A DNA stretch of 64,000 nt from Owenia fusiformis (lineage: Eukaryota). The stretch lies in contig CAIIXF020000001.1 of assembly GCA_903813345.2 (NCBI GenBank), positions 35,402,001-35,466,000 on the forward strand, read 5' to 3'. Positions 52,101 through 63,522 of this stretch are shown in pieces. Every line of letters begins with the position of its first letter. Positions within the stretch are counted from its first letter, which is position 1. The translations under genes and the position numbers were made by a program. Below the pieces are notes generated by a model. That model ran no database searches, was not told where the DNA came from, and saw nothing but the letters and a program-made list of their open reading frames with translations.

Positions 52101-54712
52101 AAGTTCATATAACGAAACGAACCCCGGTTAACCTATATATAAGTACAAAATATTGTAATACTGTAGGAGGCTTGCGATAAACATGATTAAGTTTCCTACT
52201 TTTTTTCCTGTTTTATTTTCAGAATTATGGTAAATTTCTGGCTAAAATGCTAAAGCTTTCAACATCTTTGGACAGACGCAAGCATGTGATACTGAATAAT
52301 TAGATATTTTTCTTAACATGTTTAAATATATATTGTGCCAAAGTTTTCTCTCCCAGAAAGTCAGTGATTTCCCATTGTAATAACTCAGATGCGAGTAGGT
52401 AGTTACCAGTTTCACCACCAGGTGGCTCATTCAGGTCACATAGCATGACATAGTTATGCAAATTCAATGTAAAAGAAAATATTATCTGTCCAATACAAGA
52501 AAACATATTTCACTTTTTGTGACTTTATATGTTGAATCTCCCCGTAGTAGCATTTACATTTTCCAAAACAAAAATTTTTCAAAATTGATCAACAATATTT
52601 GAAGCAATATTTCTTGATGTACTTTTACATGTACATTTCAAATACTAGATAGTATGACATCATTTTGACTGAATGTTTAATGACGATCAAGTAAGGTTTT
52701 TTAACATTAGAGTAATGAGATCGAAAAAAGCTGAAAAGTGTTGATTTGAAAAAAATCAGATTTGGAGGTATCGAGATAAATCAGGTGTGAAGTATAGGTT
52801 AAAAGTACATTTACTTGCTCCAATATCGTGATAAAACACATGTGTTTAACTTTTCTCTCATTGAGTAAATGAAATATCATTGTAGAAAAATATGTTTTAT
52901 AAAATAGCATAAACAAAACTTCTGTTTAATTTTATTAAGAACATCATACATTTAAGAGCTAGGAATAAAACAACCATGCTTATACATCAGTGTTCTCCCC
53001 AAAAAAAATTTTCAACTGGGTGCAAGATTTCAAGTCTAAAAAAATCAGCACTCGCTACGCTCACAATATCTCAGTGTAGGTGCTTACTTCTTCACTCATT
53101 CTTTAAATCAGAAGTTGAAGTGCAGATGCCAACTGGGTGCCAACTGGGGGGCCTTTGGTTTCAAGTAGGGGGAGCCCCCGGTAAAAGTGACATGGGGAGA
53201 TCACTGTACATGTAATCTTATCACAATACATCACCACATTGAAGTTATTAAAATGTAATAATTGTTACAAAGCATTTATGCTGAGTAAAATACATGATCC
53301 CAGTTATAAACAATTGAGTGTATTCCTAGGTACGTTTTTGCAAGCAGAAAACCATGAACAATTACCATAATTTAATATTTAGGCACAATTATTCAACACA
53401 ATCACAATCTAGCACAATCAATGACATCTATATTTCTTTGAGCTGAAATTACCAGTAATCAAATGCATCAATAATGTTGCTTTTTAAAGTTTTTATAAAT
53501 AACAATAGAGTAAACTTGGGTGAATACACGCGCTGTTTGAATAAAGCAAAGATTCGTGTCATACTGGATGGTTATAGTAAATATCAATATTGAAGAACAA
53601 TTTCGTTTCGCTGACCAAGTTTACTTTGGCGACGCACAGACAGACATTGCCGGTTGAAATATTCGTCTCATAGACTCATTTTACGATTAAAAATGAACAT
53701 TTAACACAATAATATAATGTGAAATCGCCTGATGAAATGTGGTTTTATATTATTGTTAAGTATCAGTGTCATATTAGCATTGGACAACCATTTTTTTAAA
53801 TTAACCCAACCCCATTAAACTATATATTTTCTGAAAGCTTGGAGTTTCAATAAAAAGAAAATCTATAACCTAAATTTTTAGAAAATGCATACTGGCCGTG
53901 GCACCCATTTAAAGTAGGTCACCCTCAGGGGGTCCAAAAATCGTTTTTGCTAAAAACTGACCCCAACTTTGAAATTTAATTAAAAATTAACAATAAGGTT
54001 TATCTTATCATACCTTATATTTTCTTGTAACTCTAACTTTTATTTAACCAAACAAAAAAAAATGAAGGTCTAATATAAGTTCATATTTTCGTAAATTAGA
54101 GTCACAGAGTATCACCCATGGGCGTTTTTTGTATTTTTTTAAAATAAACATTTGCAATGTACAATTTCCTATGTCTCTTTCATTTGGATCAATGGAGAAC
54201 TCGTTGTCCATTGCTAGTCATATTAGCGAGGAAAAGTGGTTTCGATAGATCCACAACTTGCATCAAAGGAAAGAATAGCATGGAGGTTAAACTCAATAAT
54301 GGCCCCAAGAAAATTCCTAATAATAAAGAACGCCGTTATTGAGTTTAACGACGTTGAACTAATATTTAGCATGTTAGCGACGAACTCAGGCCATGAAAAA
54401 AAATTTACCTACATGTATTCGACTCGATTTATATATTCCTGATGACAGCTCTGCTCGGTACAAACCCCTGTGTTTTCACTCTGACATTACAAATCTAGAT
54501 GAAACACAATTCATGGAATATCGGTATAGTTCTGACTCACCCTTCAACCTTTCAACAGCAAACTGTTCAAATTCCTGGAGGGAAATATTTTCAACAGGAG
54601 GAACCGTATAAAACTGCAACCTCTGGCCATACGATGCCGATTCGGTGTTTCCCTTTACCCTCGGCCTCTTCCTCACTTGCGACGTACTCCGACTACTTCC
54701 ACCTAATTCCAT
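31170..54712 (-). CDS. PRIM2: DNA primase large subunit (p58), complete, 528 aa
   Basis: Eleven GT-AG exons: 54712-54541, 46487-46378, 44795-44719, 44122-43906, 43481-43344, 42970-42827, 42592-42410, 42089-41963, 37502-37420, 31946-31790, 31348-31170 (1587 nt). Motifs [49 protein letters not shown], and four Fe-S cysteines (FPLCM, YSCMK, HGCPF, LACGK). Confidence 0.97.
31992..36971 (-). mobile_element. HINE family A, copy 2, split by the foldback insertion
   Basis: 31992-32601 and 36686-36971 match 9304-10552 colinearly; lies in PRIM2 intron 9. Confidence 0.85.
32602..36685. mobile_element. Foldback-type non-autonomous DNA transposon, copy 2 (longer, opposite orientation to copy 1)
   Basis: TAGTGCTGTCCCCAGC...GCTGGGGACAGCATCA; 4 and 5 recognisable 172-bp units; degenerate inverted symmetry continues to about 34262/34885; TSD ttt. 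Confidence 0.95.
37596..37896. repeat. 47-bp minisatellite, about 6.4 apparently identical copies
   Basis: Unit aacctcttataatttacatg + aacctctcatagttttaagtttacata. Confidence 0.95.
37974..40286 (-). mobile_element. 5'-truncated L1/Tx1-clade LINE: RT domain plus C-terminal zinc knuckle, poly(A) tail, TSD
   Basis: Open ORF2 fragment (track 38062-40215; frame open to about 40286) with [43 protein letters not shown]-tract 37974-37997. Direct repeat taattgcttttctactct at 37957-37974 and 40287-40304. Confidence 0.95.
44283..44560. mobile_element. Small MITE with T-rich interior
   Basis: TIR ccaagtagagttt/aaactctacttgg. Confidence 0.55.
44870..46300 (-). mobile_element. Degenerate L1/Tx1 ORF2 3' remnant
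   Basis: Minus-strand fragments [16 protein letters not shown] and [39 protein letters not shown] parallel the C-terminus of the intact LINE at 38-40 kb; contains stops and a MITE insertion. Confidence 0.7.
45232..45726. mobile_element. Tc1/mariner-type MITE, TA TSD
   Basis: ta-cagggtggtccaaaaaagtga...ttcactttttttggaccaccct-ata; TIR about 45 bp. Confidence 0.8.
46826..48310 (-). mobile_element. HINE family B, partial inverted copy (162-bp array) with nested hAT MITE
   Basis: Reverse complement of 25180-26277. Confidence 0.8.
47607..48235. mobile_element. hAT MITE, TAGTG termini, 8-bp TSD ctaccaaa
   Basis: tagtgcttgcaacggtaatg/cattactgtaaggcacta. TSD verified against the uninterrupted repeat unit gatctaccaaacggttc. 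Confidence 0.9.
48693..49025. mobile_element. GC-rich hAT-like MITE (CAGGGGCGGAT), 5-bp TSD agcat
   Basis: caggggcggatct...atatccgccagtg flanked by agcat/agcat; gggccc subterminal motifs. Confidence 0.8.
49869..50489. mobile_element. hAT MITE, TAGTGG termini, 8-bp TSD ttcgttac
   Basis: tagtgg...ccacta with actcg/cgagt subterminal repeats; identical 8-mers on both flanks. Confidence 0.85.
50575..52695. repeat. Long inverted repeat pair (about 50575-50992 and 52379-52695)
   Basis: Reverse-complement similarity, e.g. gagccacctggtggtcaaactggtaactacctactcgcatctg versus cagatgcgagtaggtagttaccagtttcaccaccaggtggctc. Confidence 0.75.
52988..53206. mobile_element. hAT-like MITE, 5-bp TSD tacat
   Basis: cagtgttctcccc/ggggagatcactg. 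Confidence 0.85.
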
Positions 54713-54772
54713 TTCAGATATAAATATTCAAAATGTGGAGCAACTTGAACTTTTTGTTCAGAACCGAAATAA

Positions 54773-54815
54773 TTTTGCCGCGAAAATAAATGAATTCTTG
54801 GACAATTTTGATTGG
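54773..54815 (-). promoter_or_regulatory. PRIM2 promoter: overlapping E2F-type site and CCAAT box
   Basis: TTTTGCCGCGAAAA (54773-54786) contains TTTSSCGC and reads TTTCGCGG on the other strand, 61 bp upstream of the ATG; ATTGG at 54811-54815. Confidence 0.6.
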
Positions 54816-57133
54816 TTGTACGATATTATGGAATGATAGATGGCGTTGTAATGGAACTGGTGATTCAGTAATGGATGACATCGATTTTCCGATATTTTCA
54901 TATTTTGTCTAATATTGCAGCATATAAAGATTAGGCAAGTATAATCAAATGTTTTTAGAGATCTTGAAGAATTCAAAAATAGAAATATAATAACATTTTA
55001 GCAATCCATGATTTCTGATAACTATAAAGTGTCTATTTTCTTTCATAATTTTTTTGAGTGGTAAGGAAAGTCAAAGTCAAATGAATGAAAAAATTCACAG
55101 AAGTTTGTATCATTCAAGTACTTTGGGATATACTTCCTAGCTTCGACGTAAAGGGTTACTTCGTCATTGGGGTACTTTGACCATGGGGTTATTTCAGCAA
55201 TGGCCGTACAGTGGGGAACATAAAGAATTACTATAGATCTAGCTATGAAAATTACATGCTGTCGCACATGTAATAAATTCTTGCCTCAGTGTATTCAGTG
55301 CTCTATTTTCTCTCTCCTAGTAAGTCCATGATCCAAATATAGTGTAATTTGTGTCCATAATGACAAATAAGAACTTAAAAGAAGTGGATATTCACTCTTC
55401 AAATGTTGAGGTGATTTTGTAGCCGATTACGCCGCAACGGAAGATTGGCTCCCAGAATGCAACATGACACATGCCGGCTTTCAAAATGGCGGAATCTGTC
55501 ACGAGTAAATAAGGTTAACTGATATTGCATTCTGGGAGTCAATCCTCCTTGGATAACAAACATGGCGATTCATGAAAACGTTCGTTCGATTTGGTAGGGA
55601 TTTATCCATCATTTGCAGGTATGAAGCTTTGGATTGATTTATTGTGCTACTTAAAGTGAACGGGAATTATTTTTCTACCGCTTGGGAGAGTTTGAGACAC
55701 GAAACTTGGAATTTAGCTCATTGTGACAACTTTTGATGGTTGAGGTTTATTTTTGTCCCCACTTTAGCCTTGTAGAAGGCGTCACAGGTGCTCCCTGGAT
55801 AATAAGAGTGTCAGGCTTCCCTCTAAGTAAGCATATCAAAAAGGTGGGCCGAAAATCAATAAGTCAATAGGTGGAGTATAATATAAAAAAATAGAAAAAA
55901 GTAAAGTAGTTCTTCAAGTCTTTATACACTTTAATGAATCTCGGTATGCCAGCGGTCAAAATGACGCAAAAAGTAACTAATTTGGTTTACTGAGGAGTGA
56001 GGACTGAGATACGCCTAAAATGAGCTCAAATTGTAATGTCTGATCGGTGATTCAAATTACATCTGATCAAAATTATTGAAAGATCTCCTACCATATTTGT
56101 GAAATACTTGACTCACCGGCAACAATTACCTCGCTAACAAGTCCTCTTGGGTGTATTCTTTCAAATGACATGGAAAATAGATGTCTAGGTGCGGTAATAA
56201 AGTGTAAATTAAATTACTTCTTCAGATTTTATTTACCTTTCCTATGCTCCTACTTTTAGCTATTTTTCAGTGACCTTTTCAGAGGGCTGAAAAAGTTATT
56301 TCATCATGTTTAGGGTCATTCTGACCATGTACATTGTGATCTTGGTCATGTAAATGATATGTGGAACTAGTTAAACTGACTGGAGGCCAAAACAGAGCTC
56401 TGATATCGTGGTTCAAAAAATGTTTGAAATCAAGCATGGTTTTGTCACTTCCTGTTTTGTCATTTCCTGTAAGTATCATGAGACCTTACGATTTCGCCTA
56501 TTGGAGATTTAGATTTATTATACCATTGTCATATTCATTATTCCCCACTATATTTCGCTAATTTTCAGTTTTTTGAAATTTCGCGGCTGTTAGATTTCGT
56601 GGTTTTGTCATAGGAGATCACTCTTTCGACTTCGATATCAGCCATGGTTGTTCCTTCGACAAATGATTTTGGATTCTTATTAAGCCATTTCATTAGACTG
56701 TTCATTTTAATACTGTAATCTTTCTTCTAATTTCTCTTTTTCAAAACTCGAAAGGTCACGTTTTTGCCTATTATCGCCCAGCACTGAACGAAAGTATTGT
56801 CAACATTAAAATCCCCGGGAATTTCTTTGGAATTTCGTGACTATAAAATTTTGCGAATTAGAACTGTAGGAATTTTGCGGCTATTATATTTTGCGAATTT
56901 TCCAAAACTGGCGGAAAATCGCGAAAAATAGTAGCGCACCAAAATTACCATGGTTTATTCAATCATGGTCTTTCACTGCCTCTCTGCCATTGTTATTTTC
57001 GGAAAAAATAACATGGCTGAAACTCCCCAAATTACAAAAGGCCACAGCTTTGCTGCACATTATATATATAACTTAACAGTATCTGAAATATACAAAAGTT
57101 AGGACAAGTACATATGTTTCTATATTTTTTATA

Positions 57134-57953
57134 TCGGGTGTCCCAAAAAAATTAGACACTTTTTGCCAAGTATTTTCTCGGCAACTAATAAACCACATTC
57201 ATGGAAAATTTGTACAAATTAGCCTGATAGTATCATTAGCAAGTTGTACAGATATAAAAAAGATCAAGTAAATATTGTGCGAGTAATAAGAGATTCAAAA
57301 TAGCATGTCAAAAATTCCCATACCGGAGCTCTGCGATGAGACCTCTATTATAGTGTTTGTACCAGCTATCAGGTCGCATTTGTAAATAAGTCAAAATAGC
57401 TTGTCTGTGTGTCATTTCTACTTAATTCATTTCATTCTTCACAAATATCCAAAATCAATTCATTCTCAAAATTCATTGGAGGTGATATTGTTAGAATAAA
57501 TACGGAATGGTATTTTGCATGAAAAGGATTAATAAGTGAGATTTACATCAATATTGGTTATTTTTACATACTGTTTTTAATTCATCAATTCACACATAAT
57601 ATCGAGCCAATCTCTTACATATTCATAGCACGAGCAGAAGATACCTTAAAGTGCCTCAAGTAAAGTTTTCAAATAATTTGGCTCATCTATTGCTGAGAAA
57701 TCACTTGTCAAATTCCTTCCCATTTTTGGAAATGCGATGAAAATTCTCATTGTATTGCTCCGGTATGGGACATTTTGACATGCTATCTTGAATTTCTTAG
57801 TACTCATATAACATTTATCTGATCTTTGTCACATTTCTGTACCTTGCTAATGATACTCCTGGGCAACTTTGTGCAAGTTTTCAAAAAATTTGGTTCATCA
57901 GTTGCCGAGAAAGTACTTGGCAAAAAGTGTCTTATTTTTTTGGGGACACCCGA
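57134..57953. mobile_element. Tc1/mariner-type MITE with about 200-bp TIRs, TA TSD
   Basis: ta-tcgggtgtcccaaaaaaattagacactttttgccaagta...tacttggcaaaaagtgtc...gggacacccga-ta. Confidence 0.85.
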
Positions 57954-58917
57954 TATACTGTTGCAATATAGTCATTTGATTGCTTATTTTTTAAATTCAA
58001 AGTAGTTCCAAACATTTAAAATTTTACTGTAGTGTAAATCTAAGATCAATCACATAATAATAGGAAAAAATGTCAGACATAAGTAAATCATTCTTGTTCT
58101 TATAAGACACATAAGAATATTTGGAATATAACAGTGAATAATAAAACAAACTAAAAAAAAACTTCCACATTTTACAAAATTTTCCGCAAAACTACAGTTT
58201 TTCAAAAATCTACCATAAAACTACCGCATTTTTCAAAAACTTCCGAAAACGTACCATTTTTTCAAAAAATTACCGTAAAAACTTCAGAATTTTTTCATAA
58301 TCTACCGTAAAACTACCGCATTTTTGTCGAAAAATACCACAAAAACTAACGCATTTTGAAAAAATCTACCGCAATTCAAAAAAAACGTACACAAATTTTT
58401 GGTCATAGGTTGGCAGGTATATGTTGACAAAACGTATCCCTATATCCACGATTGTGATACAAAACATGAATGCTCAAAGAAATGTTTTTGAGATGGAGAT
58501 ATGAATTTACTGACTGATATACAATAAATGATATTAATTTGTTCTGTAAAGATACTGTACCCATTTATGATCTTGACAACATTTTTTTGATCAAATCATA
58601 TAAAACTAAAGTATTGTCAAAAACGATCAGGCTGATTTAAATAGACATAATAATAAATAAATAATAAATAATTTAAAGTATATGTCCTCCAAAGTTACAA
58701 TAACAAATTAAATGGACTTATCGAATTATTTCTAAAAAGATAGGTAAACTAATGGAGATGTAATGAGTGACCTCAGCCCAGGACTCAGCCCAGGACATAC
58801 TTTGTAAAGTCCAATATTTGTCATGTGAAAGTATGTAGTACTAGTTATCAAGAAATACATTACTCAACTGTTGTAATATATACATGTAGGTGAAAGTCCA
58901 GTTTTGAGAGCTACTCT

Positions 58918-59106
58918 CAATGTTCTTCACACAATTTTTGGGTGCAGAGTTTTCATTTTCACCATTCAGACCAAAATTGCCAAGTTTTCATGATTTTTCT
59001 CATTTTCAAGCGTGTGCTAAAATGGATTTTCAGGTGGGTGCAAGCTTGTTTTCAAAATCTCAGGCGGGTACTGCACCCACTTGCTTTAATGCTGGGGAGA
59101 TCACTG
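58918..59106. mobile_element. hAT-like MITE, 5-bp TSD actct
   Basis: Inverted relative of 12605-12810; ends about 20 bp before the splice acceptor of the first V-ATPase coding exon. Confidence 0.8.
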
Positions 59107-59161
59107 ACTCTATATTTGTTATTCCAGAAATAATTAGGAGCTTACAAACATAAATATCAAG

Positions 59162-62100
59162 ATGGGGGCGTTATTCCGGAGTGAAGAGATGACACTATGT
59201 CAGTTGTTCCTCCAATCAGAAGCAGCCTATGCCTGTGTGTCTGAGTTAGGAGAGTTAGGACTCGTACAGTTTAGAGATGTAAGTATTTTATGTTCAAGAA
59301 AATATTCATAAACATCCCTCAGACAGTGATCAGACTCAATGCAATTGTTTGTAATATTATGAGGCATGCTAATACTGTATAAGTCACTGTACTGAAGTAT
59401 CATTTGGTTATTGATTATAGCCACAGAGGCGATGCAATTAATACTAGCTACTAGGAAATAAGGGAAGGATCAATGATTATTTAGGCTTTCTGTACAATGA
59501 ATTATACTGTACAGTAAATATTACAAACTGCTGGTAGGATTATTGATCGTAAGTCTGGAATTGCCAACTGAATTGTTGTCTTTAGTGTTGATTTTTGTCC
59601 AATGCCTATTGTGTGTTTTTGCTTATTAGTAGAGTAAGGCACATTCAAAAGTGATTTTCAAAGAAGTGTCAAGAGAAAAATGTATTTTTGTCCATTTTGT
59701 TTAAATTACAATATTTTTGCATCAAGTCTCAGTCAGTATCTCAACTTGTTTTTCACTCATAAATGACCTCTGTATTGGCCAAAATTGCTCTATGTTGAGA
59801 GGTGCTCCTTACCCAACAAGTGTTCCATGAGATAGACTCTGCTTTATGAAATACATGTACACAAAATAACTATTCAAGGCAATATATTTCAATGATTAAA
59901 TGATTCTTACATATTTTTTTTAGCTAAATCCAGATGTCAGTGCATTCCAGAGAAAGTTTGTGAATGAAGTTAGACGTTGCGATGAAATGGAACGAAAGCT
60001 TCGTAAGTATTATTTCCCATCTTTCTTGTATACAGTATACATGCCTGCTAATTCAGTTCAAAGAATGTATTTTATGGAATGGTTTTTGAAAATATAAAAA
60101 CTTAACTCGTATCAAAATGTTGTTTTTCGAAAAATTAACAAAGACCTGAATGAACTACAAAAATCTGATTTTGAATAGTTTAGAAAGATTTAATTGGCTC
60201 CTGGAAGCTGAATGAATCTCAGTATAATAAACATAAACATGATATAAAATCTCATTACAAAACAATTAAATATTAATGCAAGTATAATTATGTGGATTAA
60301 ATGATGACAGGTTTCCTTGAGAAGGAGATTAAGAAAGATGGGATCCCTATGCTGGACACTGGGGACAATCCTGATGCCCCTGCCCCAAGGGAAATGATTG
60401 ATCTTGAGGTAAGCTTCCTGTCACCAGGGCTCTCCATGAAAATAATTTGTGTAGAGTACATTATCAGCCCATTTTAGGATTTTGTCAATTTTAGTGCTGT
60501 TTGAACCAGAGGTTTCAATATCAGAGAGCCCTGAACTACAAAAAGAAAATAAAGGAGTAGATTGATCACAAAATGAAATTAAAAAGAATAACACACATGC
60601 ACATGTAATTGTACTATCACTTTGAATATGAAGTTTTGAATTTCCCACAAATAAGCCTATTGTGATAATTATTTGTACATCAGTATTAACAACCCCTACA
60701 CTTTATATCTAGGCTACTTTTGAAAAACTTGAGAATGAGATGAAGGAAGTGAACTCTAACTCTGAGGCCCTCAAGAGAAACTATTTGGAGTTGACAGAAC
60801 TGAAACATATTCTGAGGAAAACACAAAACTTCTTTGATGAGGTAATGTTATACACATATTTGCCAGAAGAAACTAATATCATATTTAAATATTTAGAATA
60901 TTCTTAATTGCTGTTTTGAAGTATTTCAAAAGATACCATTCCTGCCAAAGTTTATAGTTATAAAGTTATAGTTATAGTTATTGGATGGAATTAGGAATGA
61001 AAACATTTTTAATAAACTGACCAAAGATTAAAGGATCAATTCTAGGTATTATATATAATAATGTATAAATAGTTCCAAATATATGAATAATTTCTTTTTC
61101 TTATAATGTTATTTTAGATGTTTCAAAAAATGTTGTTAAATGTGATAATGTCCTGGTGGATGAACACGGTTGAGGGTGGGATGTATGTTGTACCATGTTT
61201 CTAGATACCACAGATGCACATAGCTTTAATTAGACATGTATTTATTAAGTTTTTTATTTACCTAGATGATACCATGATTGATTAGAGGATCAAAAATGAC
61301 ACTCAGAAATTAGAACTTTAAATCACAATTCCACTGTATGTTGTATTAAATGTCTTGTGTATGTTGTAATGATTTGATTTTTAGGATCTAGGATTTTCTA
61401 GAGCTGCAACAGTTGGATGTATAATGATTATACTAAACTTATAAATTGTTTTGAATTCATAATAAGCATGTCATTAGCATTCTTCAAACAGATTTGTGCA
61501 TACATTTTTCTTTTTGTATCACAAACTTTTTGTTTACTCTTCAGATACACACTTTACTTGCGCTGCTTTACTAATATAATAAAGATGTTGCGAGCATGTA
61601 ATATGCATGCTTTTATTTTGGAACATGTAGCTAACATGTTATTATGCAGTGAAACATGTTAACCAAACACTTTTACACAAGGCAAATGTCTCTTACACTT
61701 TAACTGAAACACGATTGTAAGCCTAAAAAGGTGTTTGGGTAAACAGCTTTGTACTTGACATTCATTACATGTTCACTATACTATTTCTAGTATATCTGTG
61801 TTTTAATCCTGCCTTAATTAGATGCTGCTTTTCATTATGTTTCTGTTCACCCTTTGTGCCCATATGATAGTGCTTAGTCACCTGTATTTAGTGTTGTACA
61901 TTTAGTTGCAAGCAGAGATCTCGCATGTACACTGACTATACATATCCAATACATACCATAAACACAGCATTCTTTCAATGTCACTTCTAAATGTTCCATG
62001 AATTTAAACTTCAGAGAGATTATATGTCATATGATTTGATCATTTTTGGTGGGAAATAATTTCACTAGACTTGTGTAATAAGAGAACAATAATGTGATTA

Positions 62101-62325
62101 ATTTTCTGAGGATGTATGGAGGTCCTATAGAGGTCTCTGCTTGTGCTATCAGCGTGCATGCTAGATACATGGGAGGGACTTAGTGTGGTAATATGGGCAC
62201 CGTGTTTGTTCACACCAGGCTGAAATTCATCATCAGGCAATGAATGATCCCGCCTTGTCGGAGGAAAACGTGGGACTTCTCGGGGAAGATGGATTACGTG
62301 CAGGGGGCCAAGCCCTCAGACTCGG
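59162..62325 (+). CDS. ATP6V0A1: V-type proton ATPase 116 kDa subunit a (a1/Vha100-1/unc-32-like), 5' part; gene continues beyond the window
   Basis: Exons 59162-59278 ([39 protein letters not shown]), 59924-60002 ([26 protein letters not shown]), 60311-60408, 60713-60841 (...RKTQNFFDE), 62219 or 62237 to 62325 (...GGQALRLG). Confidence 0.95.
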
Positions 62326-63436
62326 GTGAGAATTTGATTATGGTTGAGAATGCACATACATGAAACAACATAATGCATCATTGGCCCCAATGGTCTAGAG
62401 AGATAAGTGTATTTTTGTTTGTAGTGGGTCTCTGGGGTCTTTAGGTTTTACCTGTAAACCTATATTGGATGTTATGGGTCCTTTTGAATCTGTGTTATAT
62501 TTCAACCAAGAACATGCCGTTAATTTTTTAGCCATTGCTTAGGATTCAGAAAGAAGCTTTCCAGGGTTTGGAGTCTCCTTGATTTGTTGAATGTTTTATA
62601 TCTTAAAGTGCTGTTAATGAAAAGTATTGTTTTCTCTTTCCTTTGAGCCTGATGATCTAATTCAGTCCCTGCCTAATGTAGTGTCTAGTGCTATAGTAAC
62701 TATAGTATAACACCTGTATTATTAAATAACTATAGTTATTTGATACTGTACATGATGGCACATCTCCTTTCTTCAGAGTGAGGGTCACTAACTAACAACA
62801 ATAATGGGTAATAGGGAAGCACATAACATGCTATATGTTTTGTAATTATAGCACTGGTTGATTATCTGGGTAATATCATGTGGATTGTTCAACCAGTTTT
62901 TGAGTTATTCTTAGCATTAACAGCTACCCAGTTTTGTAAGTGGAGGTTATGGGTTAGAGGTATATAAGTTATTTTATAAATATCATTATGTGGGCACCTA
63001 TCATTTGACAACCTGGTATTTCTGTATGGCTGCTGACATTCTACAGCATGGCACCTTCTGCATGTGAAATTTTCTTTTAAACTTGTATTCTCAACTTTAT
63101 CCATAATATCCAAGGATCTCCATGTCTTATTTACTTAAAAAGGACTTAGACTGAGGGAGCTTTGAGACCTGAAAAAGACAGAAGGCCACAGGCTATTTGA
63201 TATATTATGTTGTTTCTGTATTACTGTGTATAAACAGATTTTACTTTAAACATCAAACAGATCCTAATTTGTTGAACTAAATCTGAAATCTGCAACATGT
63301 TAGATGTTTAAAAGTAAAATGCTGTCTTTATGTAATATTTCATAGCGGAAAACTCTGGTTATTAACCCCTTGGTGACTGGAGGTACCATGATGTACCCCT
63401 GTTTCAAAGGGTTAACTAACTACTATATGTTAACAG

Positions 63437-63522
63437 AAAGAACAGAATGTTGCGGAGGAGGCTCAGCATGCATTTGAGAGTGACCGGTCTCAGATCATTG
63501 AACGACAACCCATGCAATTAGG
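63437..63522 (+). CDS. ATP6V0A1: Candidate alternative (mutually exclusive) exon of the V-ATPase a subunit
   Basis: CTAAC branch-like motif, taacag| acceptor, KEQNVAEEAQHAFESDRSQIIERQPMQLG, GG|gtaaca donor. Same phases (0 in, 2 out) and same terminal LG as exon 62219-62325. Confidence 0.75.

Noticed and set aside
61392..61418. Possible 27-nt microexon (DFLELQQLD) in the V-ATPase intron
   Set aside because: Weak donor (gtataa) and no homology support.
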